Source of the DNA: Chloroflexota bacterium
GTDB lineage: Bacteria; Chloroflexota; UBA11872; VXOZ01
DNA length: 64,000 nucleotides
Assembly (NCBI GenBank): GCA_963662335.2
Contig: CAXXVD010000005.1
Location: forward strand, 544,001-608,000
Reading direction: 5' to 3'
Position 1 is the stretch's first letter. Each line of letters begins with the position of its first letter. A model generated the notes under the pieces. That model searched no databases. It worked only from the letters and a program-made list of their open reading frames with translations, and had not been told where the DNA came from. Both the position numbers and the translations under genes were made by a program. Shown in pieces: positions 8,702-27,907 of the stretch.

Positions 8702-10376
8702 CAGTTTGTATTCCAGCCAGTTGCTGTCGAATCACACCTGTCAAGCGTTCCCCTACCTCAAGAGAGACCTCCAATTCCGCCAGCAGCCGCGGGTATTTCT
8801 CAGTGAACGGCTCCCTATCATCTTCTTGCGCTTCCGTGCCAACGTAGCGACCGGGCGGTAATTCGAAGCCCTGCCGCTCAATGCCATCAATTGTCTCTGC
8901 TCTGCAAAAGCCAGGGACATCGCGGTAGGCCCACGGCCCATGCACGCACTCTTCCCACCACTCGGGCGCAGGCTCCCCACGCCACTGGCGGAAGGTGTAG
9001 ACGATGAGACCTATATCTGAATCGGGCCTAGGGTCGTTCATAGGGGTAGAGTGCAGCACTTCGCTGTCCTCGTCCCCAGAGAGCACACGTTGGGCGCGAG
9101 AAGTCATCGTGCCAAGCTTGCGGGCATCGATGAAGAGCGTCTCTCCGGTGCGGTCACGGTCGCAGGACTGCAGATTCCGTCCAGTCTTGTCGCGAGTTAG
9201 GAACCAGAGGCAAGCGGAAATACCGGTCGTGAGAAAGAGTTGCGGCGGCAGCGCCACAATGGCATCCACCAAATCAGCCTCGACGATACGCTGGCGAATG
9301 TCCCCCTCGCCGCCAGTGCTTGAGGATAGCGAACCGTTTGCCATGACAAAGCCGGCTACCCCGCCGCCCTGCCCGTTGGGTGGCGCGAGATGGTGGACAA
9401 AGTGCTGGATCCAAGCGAAGTTGGCGTTGCCCGCCGGCGGCGTGCCGTAGCGCCAACGCACGTCATCCTGAAGCAATTCGCCTGACCAGTCAGAGTCATT
9501 GAAGGGAGGGTTCGCCAGGATGTAGTCCGCCTTGAGATCTGGGTGCAAATTGCGCAAGAAGGAGTCGGCGGGCTGACCGCCAAGGTTGGCCTCAATGCCG
9601 CGAATTGCCAGGTTCATGTGCGCGAGGCGCCAGGTGGTCGGATTCGATTCCTGGCCGAAGATCGAGATATTGGTCTTGAGGCCGCCATGGGATTCGACGA
9701 AACGCTCGGACTGTACGAACATGCCGGCCGAGCCGCAACACGGGTCATATACCCGTCCCACAAACGGTTCGAGCATCTCCACCAGCAGGCGGACGATGCA
9801 ACTCGGTGTGAAGAATTCACCACCGCTCTTGCCCTCTTGCTGAGCGAACTTACCCAGAAAGTACTCGTAGACGCGACCGAGCATGTCGCGCGCCTTGGCC
9901 CGTTCACCCTTGAAGCCGATGGTGGCAATCAGGTCGATGAGTTCCTTCATCTTCACCGCCTCTATGCCCCTGCGGGCATAGTCTCGCGGTAGCTTTCCCT
10001 TCAGTTTCTTCGGGTTGTCGCCCTCCACCGCTAGGATGGCGTCATCAATGAGATTGGAAATGTCTGGGCGGACTGCTTGGTTCTGAAGGTTCGCCCAACG
10101 CGCCTTGCGCGGCACCCAGAAGACGTTTTCGGCGGTGTATTCGTCACGGTTCTCAAGTAGACGTTCTTGTTGTTCGCCGGTGATACCCTCTGCCTCCAAT
10201 TCACCTACCAATTCCTCACGACGCGCCTCGAAAGAGTCGGAGATGTACTTCAGAAAGAGAAGCCCAAGGACGACGTGCTTGTATTCGGCTGCGTCTACCT
10301 GCCCGCGCAGCTTGTCCGCAGCTTCCCAAAGCGTGGCAGCGAAAGCCAAGTCGGTGTTGGCTGTGTCCTTTGCCAT
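8694..10376 (-). CDS. hsdM: Type I R-M N6-adenine methyltransferase
   Basis: LWEAADKLRG, GEFFTP, YDPCCGSAGM, ANPPFN; ATG at 10376 after AGGAG. Confidence 0.95.
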   Translation of the reverse strand: MAKDTANTDLAFAATLWEAADKLRGQVDAAEYKHVVLGLLFLKYISDSFEARREELVGELEAEGITGEQQERLLENRDEYTAENVFWVPRKARWANLQNQAVRPDISNLIDDAILAVEGDNPKKLKGKLPRDYARRGIEAVKMKELIDLIATIGFKGERAKARDMLGRVYEYFLGKFAQQEGKSGGEFFTPSCIVRLLVEMLEPFVGRVYDPCCGSAGMFVQSERFVESHGGLKTNISIFGQESNPTTWRLAHMNLAIRGIEANLGGQPADSFLRNLHPDLKADYILANPPFNDSDWSGELLQDDVRWRYGTPPAGNANFAWIQHFVHHLAPPNGQGGGVAGFVMANGSLSSSTGGEGDIRQRIVEADLVDAIVALPPQLFLTTGISACLWFLTRDKTGRNLQSCDRDRTGETLFIDARKLGTMTSRAQRVLSGDEDSEVLHSTPMNDPRPDSDIGLIVYTFRQWRGEPAPEWWEECVHGPWAYRDVPGFCRAETIDGIERQGFELPPGRYVGTEAQEDDREPFTEKYPRLLAELEVSLEVGERLTGVIRQQLAGIQTDE

Positions 10377-10555
10377 CAAGGAACTCCTATCAATTGCCAT
10401 ATACCGAATAAACTGGCAGGTTTGTGAAAAGTTTCACTTTAGTCGACGCACGCAAGTGACACTGCGTTTCGAGCAGTCTCCGGGCCAAGGCCGCCTATCC
10501 AATTCCCTAGCAGAAGGATAGCGAACTACCACAAGCCCCGCAATGCAGTTACACC

Positions 10556-10629
10556 AAAATAGATCGGGCGCAAGGGGATTGCCGGTGAGACCGAACATGC
10601 GCATCAGGCTCTTGGGCGGTTTGCCGGTG
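10556..10629 (-). pseudogene. Fragment of an addiction-module antidote gene
   Basis: Encodes TGKPPKSLMRMFGLTGNPLAPDLF, matching TGKPPKSLMRMFGPSGNPHARNLF at 12124-12196. Confidence 0.75.
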
Positions 10630-10861
10630 GAGGCTGCGGACCTCATCGTGGCGCTCCGTGAGCGTAAGGTGAGGCCGGAGATTGCCGCAGAAGAAGCGAG
10701 GAGCTTGCCCAGGAAGCGGCGGCAACTCCTGGATAGCGCCAATGCCAGCGCCACCTTCGCCGGGGAGATGGCCGAGTTTCTCAAGGACAACGACTACGGA
10801 AATCTCTTGCGCTGCAAGAGCAGGCGCCCTGGGCAGATGGTTGAGGGGCAGATCACCTGGG

Positions 10862-11620
10862 CTAACCTTGTAGGGTACCGCTCGCGCGGGTTGGGTACCG
10901 AGCGTTCGGGCCTTCCAGGATGGCGCGCTGGGAATCGGTCAGGTCGGCATAGTCATCGGGGTCCAGGTAGCTGGCCGACCATGAGAGCGAGTGCGGGCTG
11001 TACTTGAAGAAGATCGTGCGGCGCTCGCCGGCGCCGTTCCAGGGAAGGGTGCCGTGGGTAAGGGCCTCGGTGAAGATGATGGCGGTGCCGGCGGGGCCGG
11101 TTACCCGCTCCACGAATGGGGCCGGTTCGTCCATCGCTTTCCACTCTTCGGGGAACTTGATGTTGCTCTTGTGCGAGCCTGGCACGCAGCCGAAGCCGCC
11201 GTCCATGGGGCCGACATCCTTCAGATTGTAGGCAACCACGGAAAGGCCGTTGTACATCATCCCGTCATGGAAGCGGTAGTAGAACGTGGGGTTGTAAGGG
11301 GCGCCGCCGCCGTGGAGGTTCGTCCCGATCGGGCCCTTGCCTGACCTGATGAGGTCGAGATAGACGTGGTCGAGCCTGAATTGATCGCCAAGCAGTTTGG
11401 CCAGGTAGGGTGTGATGGCCGGATTGTCGATGAGGTCGCGGTACTCCTTGGACCAGTCGAGCAGACGCTCAAACCTGTGGGTGCGCATGTCCGTTGTGCA
11501 CTCAGCGGCGATGTGCTCGTCGAGCACGCAGTTGAGCTGGGCGACCTGCTCAGGCGCCAGCGCTCCCGGCACAACCAAGTAGCCTTGCAGGTCGAACATG
11601 TAGCGCTCGTGGTCGTTCAT
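10862..11620 (-). CDS. Phytanoyl-CoA dioxygenase (PhyH) family protein
   Basis: FDLQGYLVV start, GGFGCVPGSHKS, FTEALTHGTLPW...RR. Confidence 0.88.
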   Translation of the reverse strand: MNDHERYMFDLQGYLVVPGALAPEQVAQLNCVLDEHIAAECTTDMRTHRFERLLDWSKEYRDLIDNPAITPYLAKLLGDQFRLDHVYLDLIRSGKGPIGTNLHGGGAPYNPTFYYRFHDGMMYNGLSVVAYNLKDVGPMDGGFGCVPGSHKSNIKFPEEWKAMDEPAPFVERVTGPAGTAIIFTEALTHGTLPWNGAGERRTIFFKYSPHSLSWSASYLDPDDYADLTDSQRAILEGPNARYPTRASGTLQG

Positions 11621-11744
11621 GAGTTGTCTCCCTGTTTCATGTTTTCTGGAATCAATGGCAACAGCCTCTATGCCATATTCCTTCCAAGCCCTGTTTCTCG
11701 CCTACGTCGACCGCCGCGATGGTCCACCACTCTTAGCTATGAAC

Positions 11745-11820
11745 TGGTGGCAAGAGAGGACTCGAACCTCCGGCCTCCACGATGTCAGCGTGGCGCTCTA
11801 ACCGGCTGAACTGCCCGTCT
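11745..11820 (-). pseudogene. Decayed tRNA-Val(GAC), copy A
   Basis: Aligns to 25447-25523; 5' acceptor strand AGACGGG instead of GGGCAAG, 1-nt deletion in the 3' acceptor strand, anticodon GAC and CCA retained. Confidence 0.9.
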
Positions 11821-11834
11821 TGCGTCTATGGCGG

Positions 11835-11864
11835 AGTATAGCAGGGGACTAACCGCCTGGGCAA
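11835..11864 (-). promoter_or_regulatory. Sigma70-type promoter of pseudo-tRNA copy A
   Basis: TTGCCC-N18-TATACT with extended -10 TG, 14 nt before tRNA position 1. Confidence 0.6.
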
Positions 11865-12060
11865 TTGGGCTACCTGCGCAAGAACGCAGCATCCGGCAGC
11901 GCGGAGATGGCATGTCGCGCCGCTGGCTCGCGCGGGTACACGTACGTTGTGATGACCGCATTGCCCGAGTGACAAATGCGATCGCCCTTGGCAATCGAGA
12001 ATGGCGTGAGCATGGGTTCATTTCGGTCCCGACGATGCGACTCAGCCGGAGACCGAGCGC

Positions 12061-12378
12061 TTACCGAACGGCGTTCACTTCGAGTTGGACGCCCTCGTGC
12101 TGCTGGATGCGGCTGATGACCTCGAACAGGTTGCGGGCGTGGGGATTGCCGGAGGGTCCGAACATGCGCATCAAACTCTTGGGCGGTTTGCCGGTGAGGG
12201 AACCAAGCTCCTCGAACCCGATGGTGGCGTTGATGTAGTCACGCAGGACGATCTTGCCCGTATCGACGTCCCCGGCAAGCAGGCACGCGACACCTTCCTC
12301 GAGTAGCCCTTCGCGAAATGCCGGGTCGCGCGCGGCGCGGGTCTGCACGGTCTCCTTGAAGTCACGGGTGAGCGGCAT
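12061..12378 (-). CDS. Addiction module antidote protein (HTH antitoxin)
   Basis: MPLTRDFKETV...LRDYINATIGF...KSLMRMFGPSGNP...NLF; directly downstream of the toxin. Confidence 0.85.
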   Translation of the reverse strand: MPLTRDFKETVQTRAARDPAFREGLLEEGVACLLAGDVDTGKIVLRDYINATIGFEELGSLTGKPPKSLMRMFGPSGNPHARNLFEVISRIQQHEGVQLEVNAVR

Positions 12379-12381
12379 CTT

Positions 12382-12711
12382 TCACGCCTCCTGTTGCTTG
12401 CGGCGCGTGTACTCTCGCCAGAGCTCGCGGGCATTTGCGATGTCCCTCTGTTGGCGCACTTTCGTGCCACCGCCAAGAAGGACTACCAGAGTGTCTCCGT
12501 CCCTGCCGAAGTAGATTCTGTAGCCGGGGCCGACGTTTATGCGGCACTCCATCACTCCTCTCCCAACGCCTTTGACGTTGGACAGATTCCCAGCCTCCAT
12601 GCGGGCGAGGGCCGTCCGCACCCTGGCCGCCGCCCCGGCGTCGAGACCGTCAAACCAGCGACCGAATGGACTGCGTCCCCGCTTATCGACGTATTCTCTG
12701 ATCTCGATCAT
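12382..12711 (-). CDS. RelE/ParE-family addiction module killer protein
   Basis: GRSPFGRWF, GNLSNVKGVG, GPGYRIYF, LLGGGTK..QQRDI. Confidence 0.9.
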   Translation of the reverse strand: MIEIREYVDKRGRSPFGRWFDGLDAGAAARVRTALARMEAGNLSNVKGVGRGVMECRINVGPGYRIYFGRDGDTLVVLLGGGTKVRQQRDIANARELWREYTRRKQQEA

Positions 12712-12718
12712 GTAGATA

Positions 12719-12738
12719 TGGTAACTGATGTGTTACCA
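12719..12738. promoter_or_regulatory. Palindromic operator upstream of the TA operon
   Basis: TGGTAAC-N6-GTTACCA, 7 nt upstream of the toxin ATG. Confidence 0.6.
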
Positions 12739-12828
12739 CAATGCAATACCTAGCACAGGCGGCGAATGAAAGTCGGCTCCCAACGGAAGCCATGAGGGGT
12801 TATGCATGCAGTAACGTCAAGCCGGGAT

Positions 12829-12905
12829 GGGTGGGCAAGAGAGAACTCGAACCTCCGGCCTCCACCATGTCAACGTGGCGCTCTAACCGGCTGAACTGCC
12901 CGTCT
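12829..12905 (-). pseudogene. Decayed tRNA-Val(GAC), copy B
   Basis: Gapless match to 25447-25523; same AGACGGG-CA-GTTC 5' end as copy A; private changes in the anticodon stem and T-stem, and CCA changed to CCC. Confidence 0.9.
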
Positions 12906-12919
12906 TGCGTCTATGGCGG

Positions 12920-12948
12920 AGTATAGCAGGGGACTACCGCCTGGGCAA
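12920..12948 (-). promoter_or_regulatory. Sigma70-type promoter of pseudo-tRNA copy B
   Basis: TTGCCC-N17-TATACT with extended -10 TG, 14 nt before tRNA position 1. Confidence 0.65.
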
Positions 12949-13088
12949 TTGGGCTACCTGCGCAGGAACGCAGAATCCGGCAGCGGGGATGGGGTGTAGC
13001 GGCGCAGGCTCGCGCAGGTGCATGTGCGTTGCGGCGACCGCATGTAACCCGTGAATTCAGCTACCGCGGTTCCATTAGTCGCTCTCTG

Positions 13089-13427
13089 CTAGTCGCTCTC
13101 TGCCGCGCCGCCGGATGGGGCCTTGACGCCGTGGAAATACCACCAGGCGAGGGCGAGTACGGCGAGCGCGGCTGCGGGAATCCACGCCCACGTCCATGAT
13201 TCCCACGCGATTATGCGCATCAAGAGCGTGGCGGCGGCGAGGGAGAGCAAGATGCTGGGCACGTGCTGCTTCTGCAGGGACGCGATGCTGCCGACGCCCA
13301 TCAAGATGCCGGGGATGATGAAGCTGCTCCACGGGTCATCCGCGAAGATGAAGCCCACGACCTGGGCAATGACCAAACCCAATACGAACATGGCAACATA
13401 CTTGCCAAGCGATTTGCCGGAAATCAC
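13089..13427 (-). CDS. Small hypothetical membrane protein (about 4 TM)
   Basis: GTG at 13427 after GAAGGGAGAG; four hydrophobic stretches. Confidence 0.65.
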   Translation of the reverse strand: MISGKSLGKYVAMFVLGLVIAQVVGFIFADDPWSSFIIPGILMGVGSIASLQKQHVPSILLSLAAATLLMRIIAWESWTWAWIPAAALAVLALAWWYFHGVKAPSGGAAESD

Positions 13428-13518
13428 GAAAGTCTCTCCCTTCAGTGCGCGCGAATCTTCCGCCGTCCAGCATACCCCATCCGCCTGCGCGGGGCAGCGC
13501 CCGTCGCGCGGCCTGGGG

Positions 13519-23961
<10,443 letters not shown>

Positions 23962-24073
23962 TAGGCTTTCCCCATGCGCCGCGCAAGCGGCGTTGGCTGC
24001 GGGGCAACCGCGCCGCCGCGCAAGCGGCTCCGGTAGATGCTTTAGACCACGGTACAGCCCGCGTGGCCGTAGG

Positions 24074-24349
24074 TTAGCGTTTCTCGGTCAGACGGCCGGA
24101 GAGATACTTATGGATAACGCTGGAGAGCAGTGTCTGGTAGGGTATGCCCTCTTCCCTGGCGCGGGAGTGGGCGAGGTTGAAATCGCGCTCGGTCACGCGC
24201 AGGTTGACGCGCTTGGTCTTGTTGAAGGTATGGCGGGCCGCCAGACGGGCCGTCTCGGCCTCGTGTTCGGCGTCAGGCACGGCGCGCAACTCACCCAGCT
24301 CGAATCGCTCCAGAATGTCGCGCTCTTCCGCGCTCATTTCGTCGTTCAC
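24074..24349 (-). CDS. RHH/CopG-type antitoxin (BrnA-like)
   Basis: KTKRVNLRV...AREEGIPYQTLLSSVIHKY; GTG start overlaps the toxin TGA. Confidence 0.85.
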   Translation of the reverse strand: MNDEMSAEERDILERFELGELRAVPDAEHEAETARLAARHTFNKTKRVNLRVTERDFNLAHSRAREEGIPYQTLLSSVIHKYLSGRLTEKR

Positions 24350-24630
24350 GGCAGACTCCTCCGCTAGTCTCTCGTCTGCTTCCGGCTGGGAATGATCGTC
24401 TTCAGAAAGCGCGTGCCGTCGGGCTGAGTTACGAATGGCACGAGATGAAGGTGCCGGTTTACATCCACCACGTAGATCCTCTGCCCCGGGTAACGCTACT
24501 GGTTGGGGTGCTCCAGCACGTCTACAACGCCGACCTGCTCGATGGCGAAGACAACCCGCTCGAACGAGATTCCCCGCTGCTCTCTGAGGCGCCGGTTCTT
24601 ATCTGTGCTCTAGTCGAAGCTACTGCTCAT
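24346..24630 (-). pseudogene. BrnT-like toxin gene interrupted by three in-frame TAG codons
   Basis: Hand translation: MSSSFD*STDKNRRLREQRGISFERVVFAIEQVGVVDVLEHPNQ*RYPGQRIYVV...LVPFV...FLKTIIPSRKQTRD*RRSLP-TGA; absent from the ORF track. Confidence 0.85.
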
Positions 24631-24711
24631 GTGTCAATTATCATACGATGTAAGTACTTTGGCAACAGAGTGCCACCTATTGATAGCGTACCGGCGCCCC
24701 CGCTGTGCGCC

Positions 24712-24748
24712 TTGACGCGAATGCCGGCTTAGTCATACAATTAGCTAA
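24712..24748 (+). promoter_or_regulatory. Promoter/operator of the phd-vapC pair
   Basis: TTGACG-N18-TACAAT overlapping the TTAGCTAA palindrome. Confidence 0.5.
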
Positions 24749-24770
24749 CCCCATACCTAAGGAGTCTCCC

Positions 24771-25007
24771 ATGGCCATCGTAAACGTCCACGAAGCCAAG
24801 ACCCACTTGTCGCGCCTGCTCGCGCGGGTCGAGGAAGGCGAGGAGATCGTCATCGCCCGCAACGGCACACCGGTGGCGCGCCTGGTGCGCTGCAAGAAGC
24901 GCGGCAAGCGGCGGCCGGGTTCCATGGCCGGAGTCTTTACCGTCCCCGATAGCTTCTTTGACCCACTGCCCGAGGAGGAGTTGGCCGCGTGGGAGGGGGA
25001 CGGCTAG
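24771..25007 (+). CDS. Phd/YefM family antitoxin
   Basis: VNVHEAKTHLSRLL...GEEIVIARNGTPVARLV; AAGGAG RBS. Confidence 0.92.
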   Translation: MAIVNVHEAKTHLSRLLARVEEGEEIVIARNGTPVARLVRCKKRGKRRPGSMAGVFTVPDSFFDPLPEEELAAWEGDG

Positions 25008-25010
25008 CAA

Positions 25011-25397
25011 ATGCGGCTCCTTCTGGACACCCATGCGTTTCTCTGGTGGGTGACCAATGACGCGAAGTTGTCGCGGGTAGCGCGGCAGTCAATAGCGGAT
25101 GACGAGAACGACGTGCTGATAAGCGCGGGTTCGGCCTGGGAAATTGTGATCAAGCATCGCAAGGGCAAACTGCCGGAAGCGGAACCCCTCGTCCGCGACA
25201 TTTCCGGTACCATAGCCGATCAAGGCTTCGAGGAACTGCCGATCACCGTCGCTGACGCCGCGCGGGCCGGCGCGCTGCCCGGCCGCCACCGCGACCCATT
25301 CGACCGCATGCTCATCGCCCAGGCGCTGACGCGCGACCTCACCCTCATCTCGATCGAACCCCTTTTCGACCGCTACGGCGTGCGCCGCCTCTGGTAG
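25011..25397 (+). CDS. vapC: VapC family PIN-domain toxin
   Basis: LLLDTHAFLWW, SAWEI, HRDPFDRMLIAQA. Confidence 0.92.
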   Translation: MRLLLDTHAFLWWVTNDAKLSRVARQSIADDENDVLISAGSAWEIVIKHRKGKLPEAEPLVRDISGTIADQGFEELPITVADAARAGALPGRHRDPFDRMLIAQALTRDLTLISIEPLFDRYGVRRLW

Positions 25398-25446
25398 ACC
25401 CGTCCTGTGCTTACGCCGAAATGAGGGGTCGCGAACTGATCCGGTC

Positions 25447-25523
25447 TGGTGGGCAAGAGAGGACTCGAACCTCCGGCCTCCACGATGTCAACGTGGCGCT
25501 CTAACCGGCTGAGCTACTTGCCC
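25447..25523 (-). tRNA. tRNA-Val(GAC)
   Basis: GGGCAAG TA GCTC AGCCGGTTA GAGC G CCACG TTGACAT CGTGG AGGCC GGAGG TTCGAGT CCTCT CTTGCCC ACCA: complete cloverleaf with encoded CCA. Confidence 0.97.
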
Positions 25524-25537
25524 TATCGCTATTGCGG

Positions 25538-25566
25538 AGTATAGCATGGGAATCGACCTTGAGCAA
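25538..25566 (-). promoter_or_regulatory. tRNA-Val promoter
   Basis: TTGCTC-N17-TATACT with extended -10 TG and CCGC discriminator. Confidence 0.75.
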
Positions 25567-25619
25567 TCGTGAGAAGCGGCGTTTTGCATTACCGGAAAGC
25601 GCTGAGCGGGACTGCCTGC

Positions 25620-27071
25620 GTGAAGATTTCCGTTCAATCAATTGACCTCAACGTCCTCAACATGCGCACGCGGATGCCCTTTCGCTACGGCATCGCCTCG
25701 CTGGAGTCCGTGCCGCATCTCTTCCTGCGCGTGACGGCGGACGTAAACGGCGCAACCGCCACGGGCGTCGCGGCCGAGGGCCTGCCGCCGAAGTGGTTTA
25801 CGAAGAACCCCGATACCTCTTTCGCCGAAGACCTGGACGAGATGCTGGCCGTCATTCGCCAAGCCGTCCGCTTTGCCCTGGACGCGCCGGCGGCGGCAAG
25901 CCCTTTCGACCTCTGGCACGAGGTCTTCCTGCGCCAAACGGCCTGGGCCGAGACCACGCCCTACCCGCCGCTCTTGTGGGGCTTTGGCGTGAGCATGGTG
26001 GAGCGGGCCGTGATCGACGCCTTCTGCCGCGCCACCGGCCGGACGTTCGGACAGGCGCTGCACGAGAATTCGCTCGGCGTGCGCCTGGAAGCCATCCATC
26101 CGGAGCTTGCCGGCCACGCGCCCGCGGCGCTGCTGCCGGAGCGCGCCAACCGGACTATGGTCATCCGCCACACGGTAGGCCTGGCCGACCCGCTTACCGA
26201 TAGCGACGTGCCGCCTGAAGAGCGCCTGGGCGACGGCCTGCCGCAATCTCTGGAAGCCAGCGTCCGCTTCTACGGCCTGACGCACCTCAAAATCAAGCTC
26301 TCCGGCGATACGGAGGCGGACATCGAGCGGCTGCAACGCATCGCCCGCATCATGGAGACCCACGCGCCAGCGCAGTACGCCCACACGCTGGACGGCAACG
26401 AGTTCTATACGGAAGTCGGCCCGTTCCGGCAATTCTGGGAGACGATTCAAGCCGAGCCTTCACTCCGGTCGTTCCTTAGTAGGGCTTTGTTCGTGGAGCA
26501 GCCTTTTCACCGGGACGCGGCGCTGGCCGAGAGCGTCAAGGACGATTTACGCCGGTGGCGCGAGCGCCCGCCGTTGATCATCGATGAGTCCGACGGCGAG
26601 ATGAACAGCCTGGCCGACGCCCTGGCGTGCGGTTACGCCGGCGGCAGCCACAAGAACTGCAAAGGCGTCTTTCGCGGTATCGTGAACGCCTGCCTGCTCG
26701 CGCTCTACCGCCAACGCAATCCCGGCCAGGCGTACATCCTGAGCAGCGAGGACCTGTGCAGCGTGGGGCCGGTGGCGATGATCCAAGACCTCACCGTGGC
26801 GGCCAATCTGGGCATCGAACACGCGGAACGCAACGGCCACCACTACTTTGCGGGACTCAGCATGTACCCGCAAAGCGTTCAGGCCCAGGTGCTGGCGCGC
26901 CACGGCACCATCTACCGCCGCCACGCGGCGGGCTATCCGGCGCTGGACGTGCGCCAAGGCCGGGTGGACGTTTCGAGCATCGTGGACGCGCCCTTTGGCT
27001 ACGACTTCGACTTCGACACGACCCAGTTCACGCCGCTGGCTCAGTGGAGCGTCGAATCGTTGGCGGATTGA
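25620..27071 (+). CDS. Enolase superfamily (mandelate racemase/MLE-like) protein of unknown substrate
   Basis: KIK, LDGNE, VEQP, IDES, HKNCKG motifs. Confidence 0.7.
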   Translation: MKISVQSIDLNVLNMRTRMPFRYGIASLESVPHLFLRVTADVNGATATGVAAEGLPPKWFTKNPDTSFAEDLDEMLAVIRQAVRFALDAPAAASPFDLWHEVFLRQTAWAETTPYPPLLWGFGVSMVERAVIDAFCRATGRTFGQALHENSLGVRLEAIHPELAGHAPAALLPERANRTMVIRHTVGLADPLTDSDVPPEERLGDGLPQSLEASVRFYGLTHLKIKLSGDTEADIERLQRIARIMETHAPAQYAHTLDGNEFYTEVGPFRQFWETIQAEPSLRSFLSRALFVEQPFHRDAALAESVKDDLRRWRERPPLIIDESDGEMNSLADALACGYAGGSHKNCKGVFRGIVNACLLALYRQRNPGQAYILSSEDLCSVGPVAMIQDLTVAANLGIEHAERNGHHYFAGLSMYPQSVQAQVLARHGTIYRRHAAGYPALDVRQGRVDVSSIVDAPFGYDFDFDTTQFTPLAQWSVESLAD

Positions 27072-27130
27072 ATTGGCGCCTAGAGGATGTTTGCAGGCTG
27101 CGCCGAGGGTGTACGCAGGACCCGCGAAAA

Positions 27131-27214
27131 CCGTTCGTGCTGAGCTTGTCGAAGCATGAACGGCTTTGCGAACAACCGACGGCGGTTCCGTTCACCCTTC
27201 GACAAGCTCAGGGC
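27131..27214. repeat. REP-like inverted pair, family E (CCGTTCGYGCTGAGCYTGTCGAAG)
   Basis: Related copies near 29095-29210, 37835, 38197, 56177. Confidence 0.75.
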
Positions 27215-27284
27215 AATCGGATGTCGATCTTCGCTTTGCGATGGGATGTTGCCTGGCGATACGAGAAGAGACGTGAACTCCCTC

Positions 27285-27707
27285 TCAGCCGCCTTCCTGC
27301 GCAAAGACGAGAAAGTGGCCGTTGCAGTCTTCGATCTCGAATTCGCGCAAGCCCCAGGGCTGCTTGACGGGTCCGTTCGCGTACTCCGGTCTCATAGAGA
27401 CTCCCCGCCGCCGGTATGCCGCGTGGAGTTCGTCGATGTTCACGCAGTGGATGTAGGTATAGCCGGCCACGGTTGGCTCCGCGCCGCGGCGGCGCCGGTA
27501 GCCGGTGAAGCGCATGCGCTGGGCGCTCTTGCCGCCCTCACCGCCGATGGAGACGCGGGCATGGCCGCCGCGCGCCATATCGACGAAGTCAAGGGTGAAG
27601 CCAAGAATCTCGCAGTACCACCTGGCGGTGGCCTCCACGTCCGCGACTTCCAACACGGGCTGTATGCCGTAGAAGCCGAATCTTTCCGCGTTGAGGGGCG
27701 TGTCCAT
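27285..27707 (-). CDS. VOC/glyoxalase family protein
   Basis: PVLEVADVEATARWY...LGF, QPWGLREFEIEDCNGH. Confidence 0.85.
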   Translation of the reverse strand: MDTPLNAERFGFYGIQPVLEVADVEATARWYCEILGFTLDFVDMARGGHARVSIGGEGGKSAQRMRFTGYRRRRGAEPTVAGYTYIHCVNIDELHAAYRRRGVSMRPEYANGPVKQPWGLREFEIEDCNGHFLVFAQEGG

Positions 27708-27810
27708 AGAGCCATTCCTGGGTTTTCGCAAATGTCCAAGTCTGCGTTCCGCGGCAATCACCATGGTCGTTGACCGGCCATGGTGATTGTTACGGAAGTA
27801 GCCAGCCGAC

Positions 27811-27887
27811 CTCCGTCATTCCGGCGCAAGCTGGAATCCATGGGCGCGTGGCAAAGATGGATTCCGGCTTGCGCCGGAATGACGGAG
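27811..27887. repeat. REP-like inverted pair, family C (CGTCATTCC...GGAATCC)
   Basis: CTCCGTCATTCCGGCGCAAGCTGGAATCCA...TGGATTCCGGCTTGCGCCGGAATGACGGAG; relatives near 29262, 33274, 37902, 56362, 60183. Confidence 0.8.
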
Positions 27888-27907
27888 TTACCGTTGCTAC
27901 TCTCTCA

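Larger units (their letters stand above)
11745..11961. repeat. ~215-bp direct repeat, unit 1 (pseudo-tRNA + promoter + arm)
   Basis: Colinear with 12829-13043; near-identical close to the tRNA, more diverged distally. Confidence 0.9.
12829..13043. repeat. ~215-bp direct repeat, unit 2
   Basis: Colinear with 11745-11961. Confidence 0.9.

Noticed and set aside
11745-12905. Two additional functional tRNA-Val genes
   Set aside because: Acceptor stems are mispaired and U8 is changed to C; copy A has a deletion; copy B lacks CCA and has stem mismatches.
24346-24630. Genome-wide amber recoding or pyrrolysine
   Set aside because: Many intact genes here end at TAG exactly where their families end, and no pyl genes are in the window.
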